Source: a virus
IMG/VR virus record: IMGVR_UViG_3300011116_000920
Coordinates: 4,368 to 68,367 of that record
Length of the DNA: 64,000 bases
Direction: 5' to 3' (one strand)
A program made the translations under genes and the position numbers. A model generated the notes under the pieces. The model saw only the letters and a list, made by a program, of their open reading frames with translations, searched no databases and had not been told where the DNA came from. Shown piece after piece: positions 9,948 to 20,046 of the stretch; position 1 is the first letter of the stretch, and each line of letters starts with the position of its first letter.

Positions 9948-10209
9948 ACAGCACAACGGAACCGACGAACGGACAGGACCGACGGATAGACCCAACGAAA
10001 GGACGGACAGAATGACGGACGGATAGGATGAATCGATTGACGGACGAATTTCAATCGGGATGAGAGGAAGGAAGCCCGAGTAAATTTTTTGAGGTCAAAA
10101 TATGGTGTTTTTGGTAAAATATATGTACCAATATTATGAATTTATAGTTTTCTGTTGTATATTTGTAGGGCAGTCGCAAATGAGCAACTGGCTTAAACTT
10201 TGAAAAAAA

Positions 10210-10482
10210 ATGGAACAAATCTTTTTTGTGGTTTCGGCTGGATTCACAGTCCAAAACCAACAGACAGGCAAGGCGAAAAATTACCTCGTAGAGGTAATCG
10301 TCAAGTATTCACAGAAAAGCGATAGCAATACAGTTATCGCATACCTTGAAAATCCGAAAAGGAAAGAAGGTGTGAAAATCTTCGAAAATTTCCCTGTAGA
10401 TGTAAAAGAGTTTATTCTACAGGGAGGCACCTGGAGGAGATGTAGAATGGAGGAGTTAAAAATCCTTCAATCACAAAATTAA
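10210..10482 (+). CDS. hypothetical early protein
   Basis: Promoter TATATTTG ~10158, hairpin at ~10488. Confidence 0.7.
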   Translation: MEQIFFVVSAGFTVQNQQTGKAKNYLVEVIVKYSQKSDSNTVIAYLENPKRKEGVKIFENFPVDVKEFILQGGTWRRCRMEELKILQSQN

Positions 10483-10555
10483 GACAAGCCCCGCGGTGAC
10501 AGAGCGGGGCTATCTTTTGTTTCAAAGTAATTGTAACCAATTAAATCTATTATAT

Positions 10556-10693
10556 ATGGAATTTACAAGTTTTGAGGAGTTCTTAGATATTAGATTAGAC
10601 TCTTCGTTTTTAGAACAGTGGGCTGATGATTTCGCCCTCAATGAACTCTTAGCGGAAATAGAACAAGAGAAGGAAGAGGAAGAAGAGGAGTAA
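10556..10693 (+). CDS. very acidic small protein
   Basis: MEFTSFEEFLD...EQEKEEEEEE; probable start 10556. Confidence 0.6.
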   Translation: MEFTSFEEFLDIRLDSSFLEQWADDFALNELLAEIEQEKEEEEEE

Positions 10694-10916
10694 AACGGAA
10701 GCCCCCGGACGGAAACGGACGGGGGCTCTCTCTTATTCAATGGAACGCAGCCGGAGAGGGCTAGCGTATTTCAATCGGGCTGAGAGGAAGGAAGCCCGAG
10801 TAAATTTTTTGAGGGCAAAATATGGCGTTTTTGGTAAAATATATGTGAAAATACTTGCATTATATGGTATTATAGCGTATATTTGTATCATTAATTAACT
10901 ACTTAAATTTTCTGTT

Positions 10917-11129
10917 ATGGAAAAATTATTTTTCGGCGACGTAGTCGCATTCAATTTTTATCAGCTTGCCAATGGCAAGTGGGCAGGTCGTAATTCGTCA
11001 CATGTCTATGTGACAGTTAAACCTTTCCCAAAGGGCGTAAGCCCTGTAAGATTTAAGCACGAACGTTGCGTTCGTGCAACACCAAAGCAATCCCACGAGT
11101 ATCTAGATGCGTTCATCATACGTCTCTAG
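10917..11129 (+). CDS. hypothetical early protein
   Basis: Promoter ~10878 and leader motif. Confidence 0.7.
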   Translation: MEKLFFGDVVAFNFYQLANGKWAGRNSSHVYVTVKPFPKGVSPVRFKHERCVRATPKQSHEYLDAFIIRL

Positions 11130-11187
11130 TTCAGTAAAGCCCCGCGGTGACAGAGCGGGGCAATTTTTAACCAATTAACAAAAAAAA

Positions 11188-11373
11188 ATGATTTTATTGA
11201 TTAAATTAACAACCGCCGCCGCTTTATCAGCAAACCGTGGCGGGTTCATCGAACCGGGGGAAGCCTCTCCCGAATTTCAAAAGTTAATCTTAATACTACT
11301 ACTATTAGCGGTAGTATTATCAGCAATCTTTACTCTCCTAGATATAAGGAGAGAAAAGAAAAGATTAAAATAA
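11188..11373 (+). CDS. small membrane protein
   Basis: TM helix LILILLLLAVVLSAIF and basic tail. Confidence 0.6.
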   Translation: MILLIKLTTAAALSANRGGFIEPGEASPEFQKLILILLLLAVVLSAIFTLLDIRREKKRLK

Positions 11374-11598
11374 AAGAAGCCCCGGTCGAAAACGACCGGG
11401 GTTTTTTTTTGCCCAAACGGAACGTATCGAAACGGAACGGGTGCCGACGAATTTCAATCAGGCTGAGAGGAGCGAAGCCTGAGTAAATTTTTTGGGATTG
11501 AAATATGGTGTTTTTAGCAAAATAATTGAGTAAAAACTTGTATTTTTCAGTTTTATATTGTACTTTTGAGTCATTGTTAATCACTTAAATATTTAGCT

Positions 11599-11871
11599 AT
11601 GCAAAATTTAAAAGTTTTGAGCGTACGCTCAAAAAAAGAAAACCCAACTTATAACGAACTAAGCATCTTGCGTACTCACGCAAGGTCAATTAGTTTCTCT
11701 CGAGAGAGAGATATTGTTGAGCTTTTGGAGAAATCCACAGAAGGTAGTATAACCCTGGAAGTAGGCAGAAATGTCTACGATTGCGCGGGACCAGGGTGGA
11801 GTCACTCCTGTAATTATGAAATACTAGGGGAGGCTACCTATGCTATAGGGAATCCCTGGGACTCTATATGA
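11599..11871 (+). CDS. hypothetical early protein
   Basis: Promoter TACTTTTG ~11561. Confidence 0.7.
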   Translation: MQNLKVLSVRSKKENPTYNELSILRTHARSISFSRERDIVELLEKSTEGSITLEVGRNVYDCAGPGWSHSCNYEILGEATYAIGNPWDSI

Positions 11872-11935
11872 ATAAATAAGATTGCCCCTCGCCAAAAGCG
11901 GGGGGCAATTTTTAACCGTTTAAATTAAAAAAAAA

Positions 11936-12037
11936 ATGAAAAATCAAAAGGTAGAAAACGAAGTCGTATGGATTGCGGCATTAGTTTTATTCGTATCTGT
12001 TCTCTTTATATCCGCAGGCATGGCTTGTGGATGCTAA
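11936..12037 (+). CDS. small single-TM peptide (33 aa, not in ORF track)
   Basis: MKNQKVENEVVWIAALVLFVSVLFISAGMACGC after an A-tract; followed by a terminator. Confidence 0.55.
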   Translation: MKNQKVENEVVWIAALVLFVSVLFISAGMACGC

Positions 12038-12282
12038 AACAGAAGCCCCGGCCGGTAACGGTCGGGGTTTTTTTATGCTCAAACGGAACGCATCAAAACA
12101 GACCGACAACCGGACGGAACGGATGCCGATGGATTTCAATCAGGCTAAGAGGAGCGAAGCCTGAGTAATTTTTTTGGGATCAAAATATGGTGTTTTTGGT
12201 AAAATAATTGAGTAAAAACTTGTATTTTACAGTTTTATATCGTACTTTTGAGTCATTGTTAATCACTTAAATTTTTATTATT

Positions 12283-12612
12283 ATGCAACCAAATGTTTTA
12301 GGTCATTTCCAGAAAAATGAATTAGTAGATATGATTCGCGTATTAAGCGGATTGTATCTTTCCAAAAACCAAACAACCAAAATGCTAAGCAGGCAATGGG
12401 CAGAGCCCATTTCAGTTGGCACAGCAAACGGGAGGTTTTACAATGACCTTGTTGAGGTCGAATTAGATAGATTATATTCGCTTGAGCTTAATAGCGAATA
12501 TAAAAAATCAATTCCAAGGTGGATATGGGAGGCTCAAAACAAAGATATAGCTATGGATAACGTAGCAAAAACTATCGAGTTTGCCGCACATTTTGCGGGA
12601 GTCAAAAGATAA
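12283..12612 (+). CDS. hypothetical early protein
   Basis: Cassette with promoter and terminator. Confidence 0.7.
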   Translation: MQPNVLGHFQKNELVDMIRVLSGLYLSKNQTTKMLSRQWAEPISVGTANGRFYNDLVEVELDRLYSLELNSEYKKSIPRWIWEAQNKDIAMDNVAKTIEFAAHFAGVKR

Positions 12613-12841
12613 CAGAAGCCCCGGACCGGTAACGGTTCGGGGTTTTTTTTTGCCTAAACGGAACGTATCGAAACGGAACGGATGCCGACGGATTTCAATC
12701 GGGCTGAGAGGAAGGAAGCCCGAGTAAATTTTTTGAGGGCAAAATATGGTGTTTTTGGTAAAATAATTGAGTAAAAACTTGTATTTTACAGTTTTATATC
12801 GTACTTTTGAGTCATTGTTAACCACTTAAATATTTTCACTT

Positions 12842-13255
12842 ATGACTACTATTGAGTTTGAAAAAAACAGTTTTTTATTTGTTGCCTATGTTCAAAGGGA
12901 AACTGAGAAGGCTTTCCTATGTGAACTTATTTGTTTCACAGGACCGTTTGATGCGGTGAAGTTGAATAGATTAATTTGGCTACCTAAATCTGCGGTAAAT
13001 AACGGTAAGTTAGCCAATTGGCTCGCGTATAAGTTAGACCTAAGCGGTTCATGGGAAGGAGTTTCACTATCATATCCCAAATCAGCGCCTACCCAAGAGG
13101 CTGTAGTGTGTGATGATTACAAAGAGTTGAGAGATGCTCGTAATTGTGATGCTGATGAGCAAGAAAACGAAGACCGTGCGGAGCAAGCCGAAGTTTGGTT
13201 TGCGAGTCAGGGAGGGCACTCTTACCGAGGAAGCGACCTGAGTGACTTGCTATAG
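12842..13255 (+). CDS. hypothetical early protein
   Basis: ETEKA...WLPKS motif typical of small phage beta-barrel proteins. Confidence 0.7.
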   Translation: MTTIEFEKNSFLFVAYVQRETEKAFLCELICFTGPFDAVKLNRLIWLPKSAVNNGKLANWLAYKLDLSGSWEGVSLSYPKSAPTQEAVVCDDYKELRDARNCDADEQENEDRAEQAEVWFASQGGHSYRGSDLSDLL

Positions 13256-13476
13256 GAAAGAGCCCCGGCCGGAAACGGTCGGGGTTTTTTTTGCCCAAAC
13301 GGAACGTATCGAAACGGAACGGGTGCCGACGGATTTCAATCGGGCTAAGAGGAAGGAAGCCCGAGTAAATTTTTTGGAGGCAAAATATGGTGTTTTTAGC
13401 AAAATATATGTACCAATATTAGGAATTTACAGTTTTATATTGTATTTTTGAGTCATTATTAATCACTTAAATATTT

Positions 13477-13728
13477 ATGACTATGTCAAGCGCATTCATT
13501 TTGAGCCAAGTATTATCAGATGTAATTATTTCAACTTATGTTGAACAAAAGTATTACGGGACAAAGGAATCACAGGAAAAATACCTTGAATCCATCCTAA
13601 AGGCGAGAGCAGATTTTTATAGATTAAAAGAGAAATTTGGAACAACCAAAATCGATGACATCTATCTAATTTCAACCGAGAGAAATTTAAACAATGCGAT
13701 AGAATTCATTCAAGATTGTTTAAAATAG
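13477..13728 (+). CDS. hypothetical early protein
   Basis: Cassette with promoter. Confidence 0.65.
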   Translation: MTMSSAFILSQVLSDVIISTYVEQKYYGTKESQEKYLESILKARADFYRLKEKFGTTKIDDIYLISTERNLNNAIEFIQDCLK

Positions 13729-13793
13729 GCCTAAACCAAACAGCCCTGCGGTTTTATCGCAGGGCACTTTTTTCACCACTTAAACAAAAAATC

Positions 13794-13928
13794 ATGACAA
13801 GATCTAAAAGAATCCTAATTGACATTAAAAACAATTATGCAATCATTTTTTGCATGTCATTTTATTTAGGCATGTGTCTTATGATGGTAGCGATTGTAAT
13901 AGACATCATCATTAAGAACATATTTTAG
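13794..13928 (+). CDS. small membrane peptide
   Basis: Start after CACCACTTAAAC leader; one TM helix. Confidence 0.55.
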   Translation: MTRSKRILIDIKNNYAIIFCMSFYLGMCLMMVAIVIDIIIKNIF

Positions 13929-14018
13929 AACGGACGAACCCCGGCTTAGAACGGTCGGGGTTCATTTTATCATTAGAACGGATTACATTTTATTACATTA
14001 CATTTTAAACATTATAAC

Positions 14019-14288
14019 ATGAACAACCTATCATCTTTATTGAACAATCATGCAATCCAATTTGGAACAGATGTAATGAGATTCTTATCCATTGATGCTG
14101 TTCCTCATGGTTGGGCATTTTGGATTAAATTATTGTTAGTCATTATTGTCATTAATAACATTTGGGATATATGTAAAGAATTATTAAACATTATTAGTAA
14201 AGAAGATTATATTAATTTAAGATCTATATTTAATGATGTTGTTTGGATTTACATTGCATTAGTATGTCTTAAGTACTGGTTCTTATAG
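14019..14288 (+). CDS. small membrane protein
   Basis: Two hydrophobic helices. Confidence 0.5.
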   Translation: MNNLSSLLNNHAIQFGTDVMRFLSIDAVPHGWAFWIKLLLVIIVINNIWDICKELLNIISKEDYINLRSIFNDVVWIYIALVCLKYWFL

Positions 14289-14483
14289 ATGTGATAGATG
14301 GCTGGGAATTAGATTAGATTAGTTCCCCGCCGGATTTTGCTAGGGCTGAGAGGAAAGAAGCCCGAGTAAATTTTTTGAGGCCTAAATAACGTATAATAGG
14401 TAAAATAAATAGGCAAATAGTTGATTTATTCAATTTTATTTTGTATTTTTGATTCATCGTTAATTAGTTAAATAAATCAAGTT

Positions 14484-14903
14484 ATGAACAACACAAATTT
14501 CGTGGCGACTATGTTCCACGCTATGTTCCCTCTGCTAAACGCTGCAAGAGTTTATGTTCCTTCCTTCGGTATTGAGGATAGAACAAAAATAGCCTTTCTT
14601 AAAGCATTCAATGAGTCTTTAATTGAATTAGAGAAAGTGTCAACATTAAATATTGAGCCAGAGTGGTACATAGCTCAATTTAAAAATTGGGCTAAGTCAA
14701 GCGAGGAGGGTATTTTTATGAGTATGTTATCCTATCATCCTGAACAGTTTTATCCACAACAAATCGAGGATATGCCTGGAGATGAGGATTTCTGGTGGGG
14801 GATGTATCAGAAAGAGCAATGGGATTTATACGAGCACCCATTCTTTGACAGTTGGTTACAAGAAGCTCAAGAAATAACTTACGAAATGTGGCAAGAGCAT
14901 TAA
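14484..14903 (+). CDS. hypothetical early protein with acidic/aromatic C-terminus
   Basis: Cassette with promoter and terminator. Confidence 0.7.
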   Translation: MNNTNFVATMFHAMFPLLNAARVYVPSFGIEDRTKIAFLKAFNESLIELEKVSTLNIEPEWYIAQFKNWAKSSEEGIFMSMLSYHPEQFYPQQIEDMPGDEDFWWGMYQKEQWDLYEHPFFDSWLQEAQEITYEMWQEH

Positions 14904-15118
14904 ACGAAAGAGCCCCGGTCGAAAACGGTCGGGGTTTTTTTATGCCCAAACGGAACGGATGCCGACGAATTTCAATCAGGCTGAGCGGAGCGAAGCCTGA
15001 GTAAATTTTTTGGGATTGAAATATGGCATTTTTGGTAAAATATATGCGAAAATACTTGATTTATTCAATTATATGTTGTATTTTTGATTCATCATTTAAT
15101 ACTTAAAAAAATCAAGTT

Positions 15119-15418
15119 ATGAGAACATTAGAAATGGATGCGGCTGAATTGAGAGAATTATTAGCCACAAAAGCAATTTTAGAAGCAAGAGAAAAAACGC
15201 TTCGTGCTCAAATTGTTGAGGGTCTTGAGTTGAGAAATTTGACTCAATTAAGATTAGGTGGGTTTATGGTATCCCTTAGCAATCGCAAAACGTGGACTTA
15301 TTCTAAATGGGTTAGAACGCTCGAGAAAATGCTTAAGACTCGTAAAACGAAAGAGCAAAACAGCGAAGAAACTTTCTTTACTGTATCGAGAACATGTCAA
15401 CTAACAAACGAAAAGTAA
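15119..15418 (+). CDS. coiled-coil protein, paralog of 33069-33413
   Basis: Shared LE.REK.L....LE...L...K(T/S)(W/F)TYS....LEK..K.RK..E pattern. Confidence 0.7.
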   Translation: MRTLEMDAAELRELLATKAILEAREKTLRAQIVEGLELRNLTQLRLGGFMVSLSNRKTWTYSKWVRTLEKMLKTRKTKEQNSEETFFTVSRTCQLTNEK

Positions 15419-15482
15419 GACAAAAGGGGTAGGCGAAAGCCTACCCTACCTTAACAAATTTTTAACTTTTAAATCATAAATC

Positions 15483-15719
15483 ATGTTAGGCAAATTAGTA
15501 ATTATTGTAATTTATGTTTATGTATGTGTTCCACAGTCAAACGGTGGCAAAACGGAATACATGGAAAGAGTAGGTGCGCGGTCGTGGGAAATGCCCGGAA
15601 CGTTCACCAAAACGGATTCCCTAATCAACGAAACGATTAAGTATTACGGAATCGACCTTGAATATAACAGTATCAAAGTTGACGTAAATACACTACGGAT
15701 AAAGTGTGAATGTGACTAA
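15483..15719 (+). CDS. hypothetical protein with N-terminal hydrophobic segment
   Basis: ORF in cassette. Confidence 0.55.
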   Translation: MLGKLVIIVIYVYVCVPQSNGGKTEYMERVGARSWEMPGTFTKTDSLINETIKYYGIDLEYNSIKVDVNTLRIKCECD

Positions 15720-15921
15720 GAACAGCACAGAGCCAGGTCGGAGCGAATTTCGCTCCGGCAGGGCTTTGCCCTGCCTGAGTAAATTTTTGGCGGATCCGTT
15801 TTTAACATTTCTTTAACTAAAATAAGGAAAACATTAACATTTCATTAACTACTTGATACTGTTTTTTTGTTTATCTTTATAGTGCAGTCGCAATGAAGCG
15901 AAGGCGTTAAATAGACAGGTT

Positions 15922-16098
15922 ATGTATTTATTCATTTTAATTTTCGTTTTGGCTATTTGGTTTCCTATTAGTCTGTATGCTTTAATCCTTAACAGTGAAT
16001 CCGATGGAGACACTGTAAAAGAAACATTATTAAAACTTTATATGGGTGTTTCTGTATGGTTAATTTTGATTGTATCTTGCGTCGTACTAATAGTTTAA
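15922..16098 (+). CDS. small two-TM protein (58 aa, not in ORF track)
   Basis: MYLFILIFVLAIWFPISLYALIL...GVSVWLILIVSCVVLIV. Confidence 0.55.
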   Translation: MYLFILIFVLAIWFPISLYALILNSESDGDTVKETLLKLYMGVSVWLILIVSCVVLIV

Positions 16099-16184
16099 CA
16101 AAACATTAATATGGGAGGATTTTGATTCCTCAATTATCCTCCCTATATTTGCTTTATAATTTTAAACCACTAAAAACAAAAAAA

Positions 16185-16415
16185 ATGCCATCAAAAAAAG
16201 AAAAAATAGCAGCCCTAAAAACCCTTAATTCGGCTATTAAAAAAGCTATTTCAGAAAGTGGTAATTTAGATTTTAACGATTTTGTAGATTTGTCCTACGA
16301 ATTAGAAAATAAAATCTATAAGTATCAAGTAGTTTTTAGGATAAAACCTATGGAAAATATCCCGATTCCTGAAACGGACAATCCATCAAACGGACCGTAT
16401 ATTTCAGTTCACTAA
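16185..16415 (+). CDS. hypothetical protein, paralog of 16896-17132
   Basis: KK..LKTL.SAI.K..SE..NLDF.DF.D shared; start reassigned to MPSKK. Confidence 0.7.
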   Translation: MPSKKEKIAALKTLNSAIKKAISESGNLDFNDFVDLSYELENKIYKYQVVFRIKPMENIPIPETDNPSNGPYISVH

Positions 16416-16645
16416 TAAGGTTTAATACCCACTAAACGGAAATGTTTAGTGGGTATTCCTATGCCAGTGAATTTCGCTCAGGGCAGGGCGGAGCCCTGCC
16501 TGAGTAAATTTTTGGCGGATCCGTTTTTAACATTTCTTTAACTAAAACAGCGAAAATATTAACACTTATTAACTACTTGGTATTGTTTTTTTGTTTATCT
16601 TTGTGACGCAGTCGCAATGAAGCGAAGGCGTTAAATAAACAGGTT

Positions 16646-16834
16646 ATGAAAAGTATGATGTTGGAATCAAATGGAATTAGAATTGTCTTCTCTTTTGGCG
16701 GTAAAGTACGCGTCAACCAGTTAGGCAAGGAAGTTGAATCGGTAAACAATTTTTCCACGTTCAAGAAGTGGGCGAAGGGTATTTTATCCGATAGCCAAAT
16801 TAAAGTAGCGAAGGCTCAATTCAACCGTATGTAA
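16646..16834 (+). CDS. hypothetical early protein
   Basis: Cassette with promoter. Confidence 0.65.
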   Translation: MKSMMLESNGIRIVFSFGGKVRVNQLGKEVESVNNFSTFKKWAKGILSDSQIKVAKAQFNRM

Positions 16835-16895
16835 GATTTAAAAGCCCCTACGATTAAGTCGTGGGGGCAATTTTAAACCACTAAAAACTCAAAAA

Positions 16896-17132
16896 ATGGT
16901 AACTTTATCAGAGAAAAAAGGCACTTTAAAAACCTTACAATCAGCCATCCTAAAATCATATTCTGAAAACAAGAATTTAGATTTTACCGATTTTGAGGAC
17001 GCGGCTTTTGATTTACAAGTAGATATAGAAACAGAAGAGGACGAAATAGAAACGGAACGTAATTCATTCTATGCGGACTATCAACAAAGCATAGACGCTG
17101 ACTACTACGCATTCAGACAGTCGCAAATGTAA
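16896..17132 (+). CDS. acidic hypothetical protein, paralog of 16185-16415
   Basis: Shared N-terminal half. Confidence 0.7.
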   Translation: MVTLSEKKGTLKTLQSAILKSYSENKNLDFTDFEDAAFDLQVDIETEEDEIETERNSFYADYQQSIDADYYAFRQSQM

Positions 17133-17356
17133 AACTAATAGAATATTCCCGCCGAACGGACGGTTCGGTGGGTATTCCTATGCCAGTGAATTTCGCTCAG
17201 GGCAGGGCGGAGCCCTGCCTGAGTAAATTTTGGCGGATCCGGTTTTAACATTTCTTTAACTAAAATAGGGAAAACATTAACACTTCGTTAACTACATAGT
17301 ATTGATTTTATGCCTATATTTGCATCAGATTCTTTTACTACTTAAATTAACAAGTT

Positions 17357-18061
17357 ATGAAAATTTTCGGTTTTAATTTTATTTTAGGTCAGACAGTACA
17401 TTCAATCGACCTTAAATTGTCAGCGACTAAAAAACTTGGCGGTCGTCTTGTTGTGCAAACATACCACTATGATTTGCAACAAATTATAAACAATGACTTT
17501 ACTATGGATAAAGAAAATTGTTTAGATTGTCCTTTTAGTTATAACCAAAATAACGGTAAAAGCGGCGGCTGTTATACACATAAAGGCAATATGCTAAAAG
17601 GTCTAAAGTCTAAATTACGCTCTCTTAATAAGAGATATAAATTAGGCTTACTAACTTCGGACTATAGTGCGGTTTTACCTACATTATTCAAGTATGCAAG
17701 TAAAAAAGATATATCTTTAGTACGGTTTGGTTCTTACGGCGAAGCGGTTACATTGCCTTTAGATTTGCTAAACGGTTTATCCAAATTATCAAAGCGTAAA
17801 ACGGGTTATACGCACCAATGGAATAAGCCACAATATAAGGAATACGCTTCTTTATTAATGGCTTCGACGCACAATGTTTTTGAAGCAAATATAGCAAATG
17901 ATTTAGGCTTTAGGACATTCAATGTAGGCGCTATAGAAAACAGTATTATGTGTCCCTCATCACCAACTATAGAAAAGGATAAAAGGGTATCTTGTGCAAA
18001 TTGTGGCTTATGTGCGGGAAATTCAATAAAGGCAAAAAATATCTTTATTCCTAAACACTAA
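17357..18061 (+). CDS. Cys-rich putative Fe-S/Zn protein (DUF7227-like), paralog of 22922-23629
   Basis: CxDC..GGCY, RFGSYGE, TGYTHQW, MAST, CP...CxxCxLC. Confidence 0.7.
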   Translation: MKIFGFNFILGQTVHSIDLKLSATKKLGGRLVVQTYHYDLQQIINNDFTMDKENCLDCPFSYNQNNGKSGGCYTHKGNMLKGLKSKLRSLNKRYKLGLLTSDYSAVLPTLFKYASKKDISLVRFGSYGEAVTLPLDLLNGLSKLSKRKTGYTHQWNKPQYKEYASLLMASTHNVFEANIANDLGFRTFNVGAIENSIMCPSSPTIEKDKRVSCANCGLCAGNSIKAKNIFIPKH

Positions 18062-18146
18062 AAAAATGTAGGGGGAATGTTTGGAAATTTCAAATATTCC
18101 CCTTATATTTGATTTATAATTAGTTCACCACTTAAAAACAAATAAA

Positions 18147-18413
18147 ATGATAGTAAAATGTTTAGATGATTTTTTACCGTTAAGGAATGTAAACGATTTA
18201 GAATTTACGGTATTAAACAAAGAAACCGATGAAAAGCTTCTATGGTACATAGAAGATGTATTAGATGAAATAAATAGAGACAGGTCCGAAAAATGGATTG
18301 ATTATAGTAAGAATGATTGGTTTGAGGGATGGGCGGAATGGTGCGAAGATGATACATATACCATACTATCAATAGAGGACAAAGAAGATAAAGTATATAG
18401 ACCTTTCTTATAA
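18147..18413 (+). CDS. hypothetical protein, paralog of 30503-30778
   Basis: WYIEDVLDEINRDRS.KW.DY identical in both. Confidence 0.75.
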   Translation: MIVKCLDDFLPLRNVNDLEFTVLNKETDEKLLWYIEDVLDEINRDRSEKWIDYSKNDWFEGWAEWCEDDTYTILSIEDKEDKVYRPFL

Positions 18414-18645
18414 AGAAATAGTAACTTGTTTTTTGCCCCGTTGGATTCAGTGTCCGACGGGGATTTTTATGACCAGTAAATTTCGCTCAGGGCAGGGCGG
18501 AGCCCTGCCTGAGTAAATTTTGGCGGGGCGGATCTTAACATTTCTTTAACTATAATAGGGAAAACATTAACACTACCTTAACTACTTTGTATTTGTTTTA
18601 CCCTTATCTTTGCATCATATTCTTAACCACTCAAAATAAGTTATT

Positions 18646-19143
18646 ATGAAGTCAATTAATGAGTTTATCGCGGGTTTATCCTCAAAGAACACCTTTGCAG
18701 CTATCCAGTACGAGTCTTCAGCAGATAAGGTAGCAAAAAAGCTAACTTATGGTTGGTTGGCAGCCAATGGTATTTCTCGCGAAGAAGTACGTTGTATTAC
18801 TTTCCGCACTTGTCAGTTAGGTAGCACTTATAAGACAAGAGTAGAAAATAGAGAAGGCGAAGGCGTGGCTATAAATCCAGGTTGGGCAAGAGCCTTAGAC
18901 AACAAAGGGCATTTATTCGACAATCCAAAGAACCTTAAGAGATTCCTACGCGTGTTCTTAGTGCCAGGCAAACAAGTTACTTGGGGCTTTCCGGATGCAA
19001 CAACAGAACGGAACCGATTAGCCTTAGTTAAGAGAATGCAGGAAATAGAGCCGGAAACGGAATCCAATACGTTTGAAGTAAGAATGATTGAGTTGGAATG
19101 TATTCAGAGTTTAAAAGCAAAAGAAGTTTTTCAATTAGCGTAA
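18646..19143 (+). CDS. hypothetical early protein
   Basis: Cassette with promoter. Confidence 0.7.
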   Translation: MKSINEFIAGLSSKNTFAAIQYESSADKVAKKLTYGWLAANGISREEVRCITFRTCQLGSTYKTRVENREGEGVAINPGWARALDNKGHLFDNPKNLKRFLRVFLVPGKQVTWGFPDATTERNRLALVKRMQEIEPETESNTFEVRMIELECIQSLKAKEVFQLA

Positions 19144-19225
19144 AAAAAAGTAGGGGAATGTTTTGATATGTTAAATATTCCCCTTATCTTTGCAACATAT
19201 TAATCACTTAAATACTTAAAAAAAA

Positions 19226-19618
19226 ATGAACAAGGAAGGTTTAAAAATTTCGCTTACAAATGAATTAAGCGAAGAGATTTTTTTCAATGCTTTATGTAAT
19301 TCAATGGATTATATGTGTAGCTCTTATGGACTTGATTTAAAGTACAAAGAATCTGACTACCGTAAAGCTAAAGCTAAATTGAGTTCTCCATGTTTTGAAG
19401 ATGTTTTGATGCAGATGATAAAAGATGGAATGGTATTTGGAATTAAGGATTTAGAAGGGGGTGAGGATGATGTTTTTATTACATTAGAGAGTATACATGA
19501 AAGAGTTAAAAATGTTCCATTAGATCATTTGTTAGACATGATAAATGGAAATGATGATGCAACTACTGGCGATGTTGTTTTACAGACTGTTCTTTACAAT
19601 GAAATTATTTTTGGATAG
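19226..19618 (+). CDS. hypothetical phage protein (D..LQ..L..EIIFG C-terminus)
   Basis: DATTGDVVLQTVLYNEIIFG motif common in phage proteins. Confidence 0.7.
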   Translation: MNKEGLKISLTNELSEEIFFNALCNSMDYMCSSYGLDLKYKESDYRKAKAKLSSPCFEDVLMQMIKDGMVFGIKDLEGGEDDVFITLESIHERVKNVPLDHLLDMINGNDDATTGDVVLQTVLYNEIIFG

Positions 19619-19709
19619 GATTTAAAAAAGATGGGAGAATGTTTGGAAATGTAAAATGTTCTCCCTATCTTTGTATCATAATTATTTCACCACTTTAAAT
19701 TTTAAAAAC

Positions 19710-19961
19710 ATGAGCGCACCAAAAGGATGGTATCGAAATTTGATTAGTGATTCTAACATCAGAATTGCATTCACTCACTCACGGATTATTGGTTGTACAA
19801 TCGTTGACAACTCCAAAACTTTAGAGGATTTAGAGAAGTCAGAAGACCAATATGCACAATACTATATTGATGGACTGAAGTCTGGAAGTATGGTTACGAT
19901 TGTAGAGAATAATGTCATAGACAGATACTTTAAGAGGGGGGAACTTTATTTCCTTGGCTAA
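19710..19961 (+). CDS. hypothetical protein
   Basis: Start reassigned after promoter and leader. Confidence 0.65.
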   Translation: MSAPKGWYRNLISDSNIRIAFTHSRIIGCTIVDNSKTLEDLEKSEDQYAQYYIDGLKSGSMVTIVENNVIDRYFKRGELYFLG

Positions 19962-20046
19962 AAAAAAGATGGGAGAATGTTTGTATATACTAAATGTTCT
20001 CCCTATCTTTGTAGTATAATTGTTCATCACTTTAAATTTTAAAACA

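Larger units (their letters stand above)
10046..15011 (+). repeat. intergenic hairpin repeat family A, 8 copies
   Basis: ATTTCAATC(G/A)GGC-loop-GCC(C/T)GAGTAAATTTT at ~10046, 10768, 11449, 12131, 12690, 13331, 14332, 14967; covarying TCGGGC/GCCCGA vs TCAGGC/GCCTGA. Confidence 0.9.

Noticed and set aside
11330-13451. Mutually similar ORFs 11330-11584, 11968-12168, 12508-12825, 13242-13451
   Set aside because: They are translations of the repeated terminator-hairpin-promoter module.
10046-15011. Hammerhead ribozyme in family A (CTGAGAG...GAA)
   Set aside because: The core reads CUGAGAG rather than CUGANGA, lacks stem II and GAAA, and some copies have TAAG.
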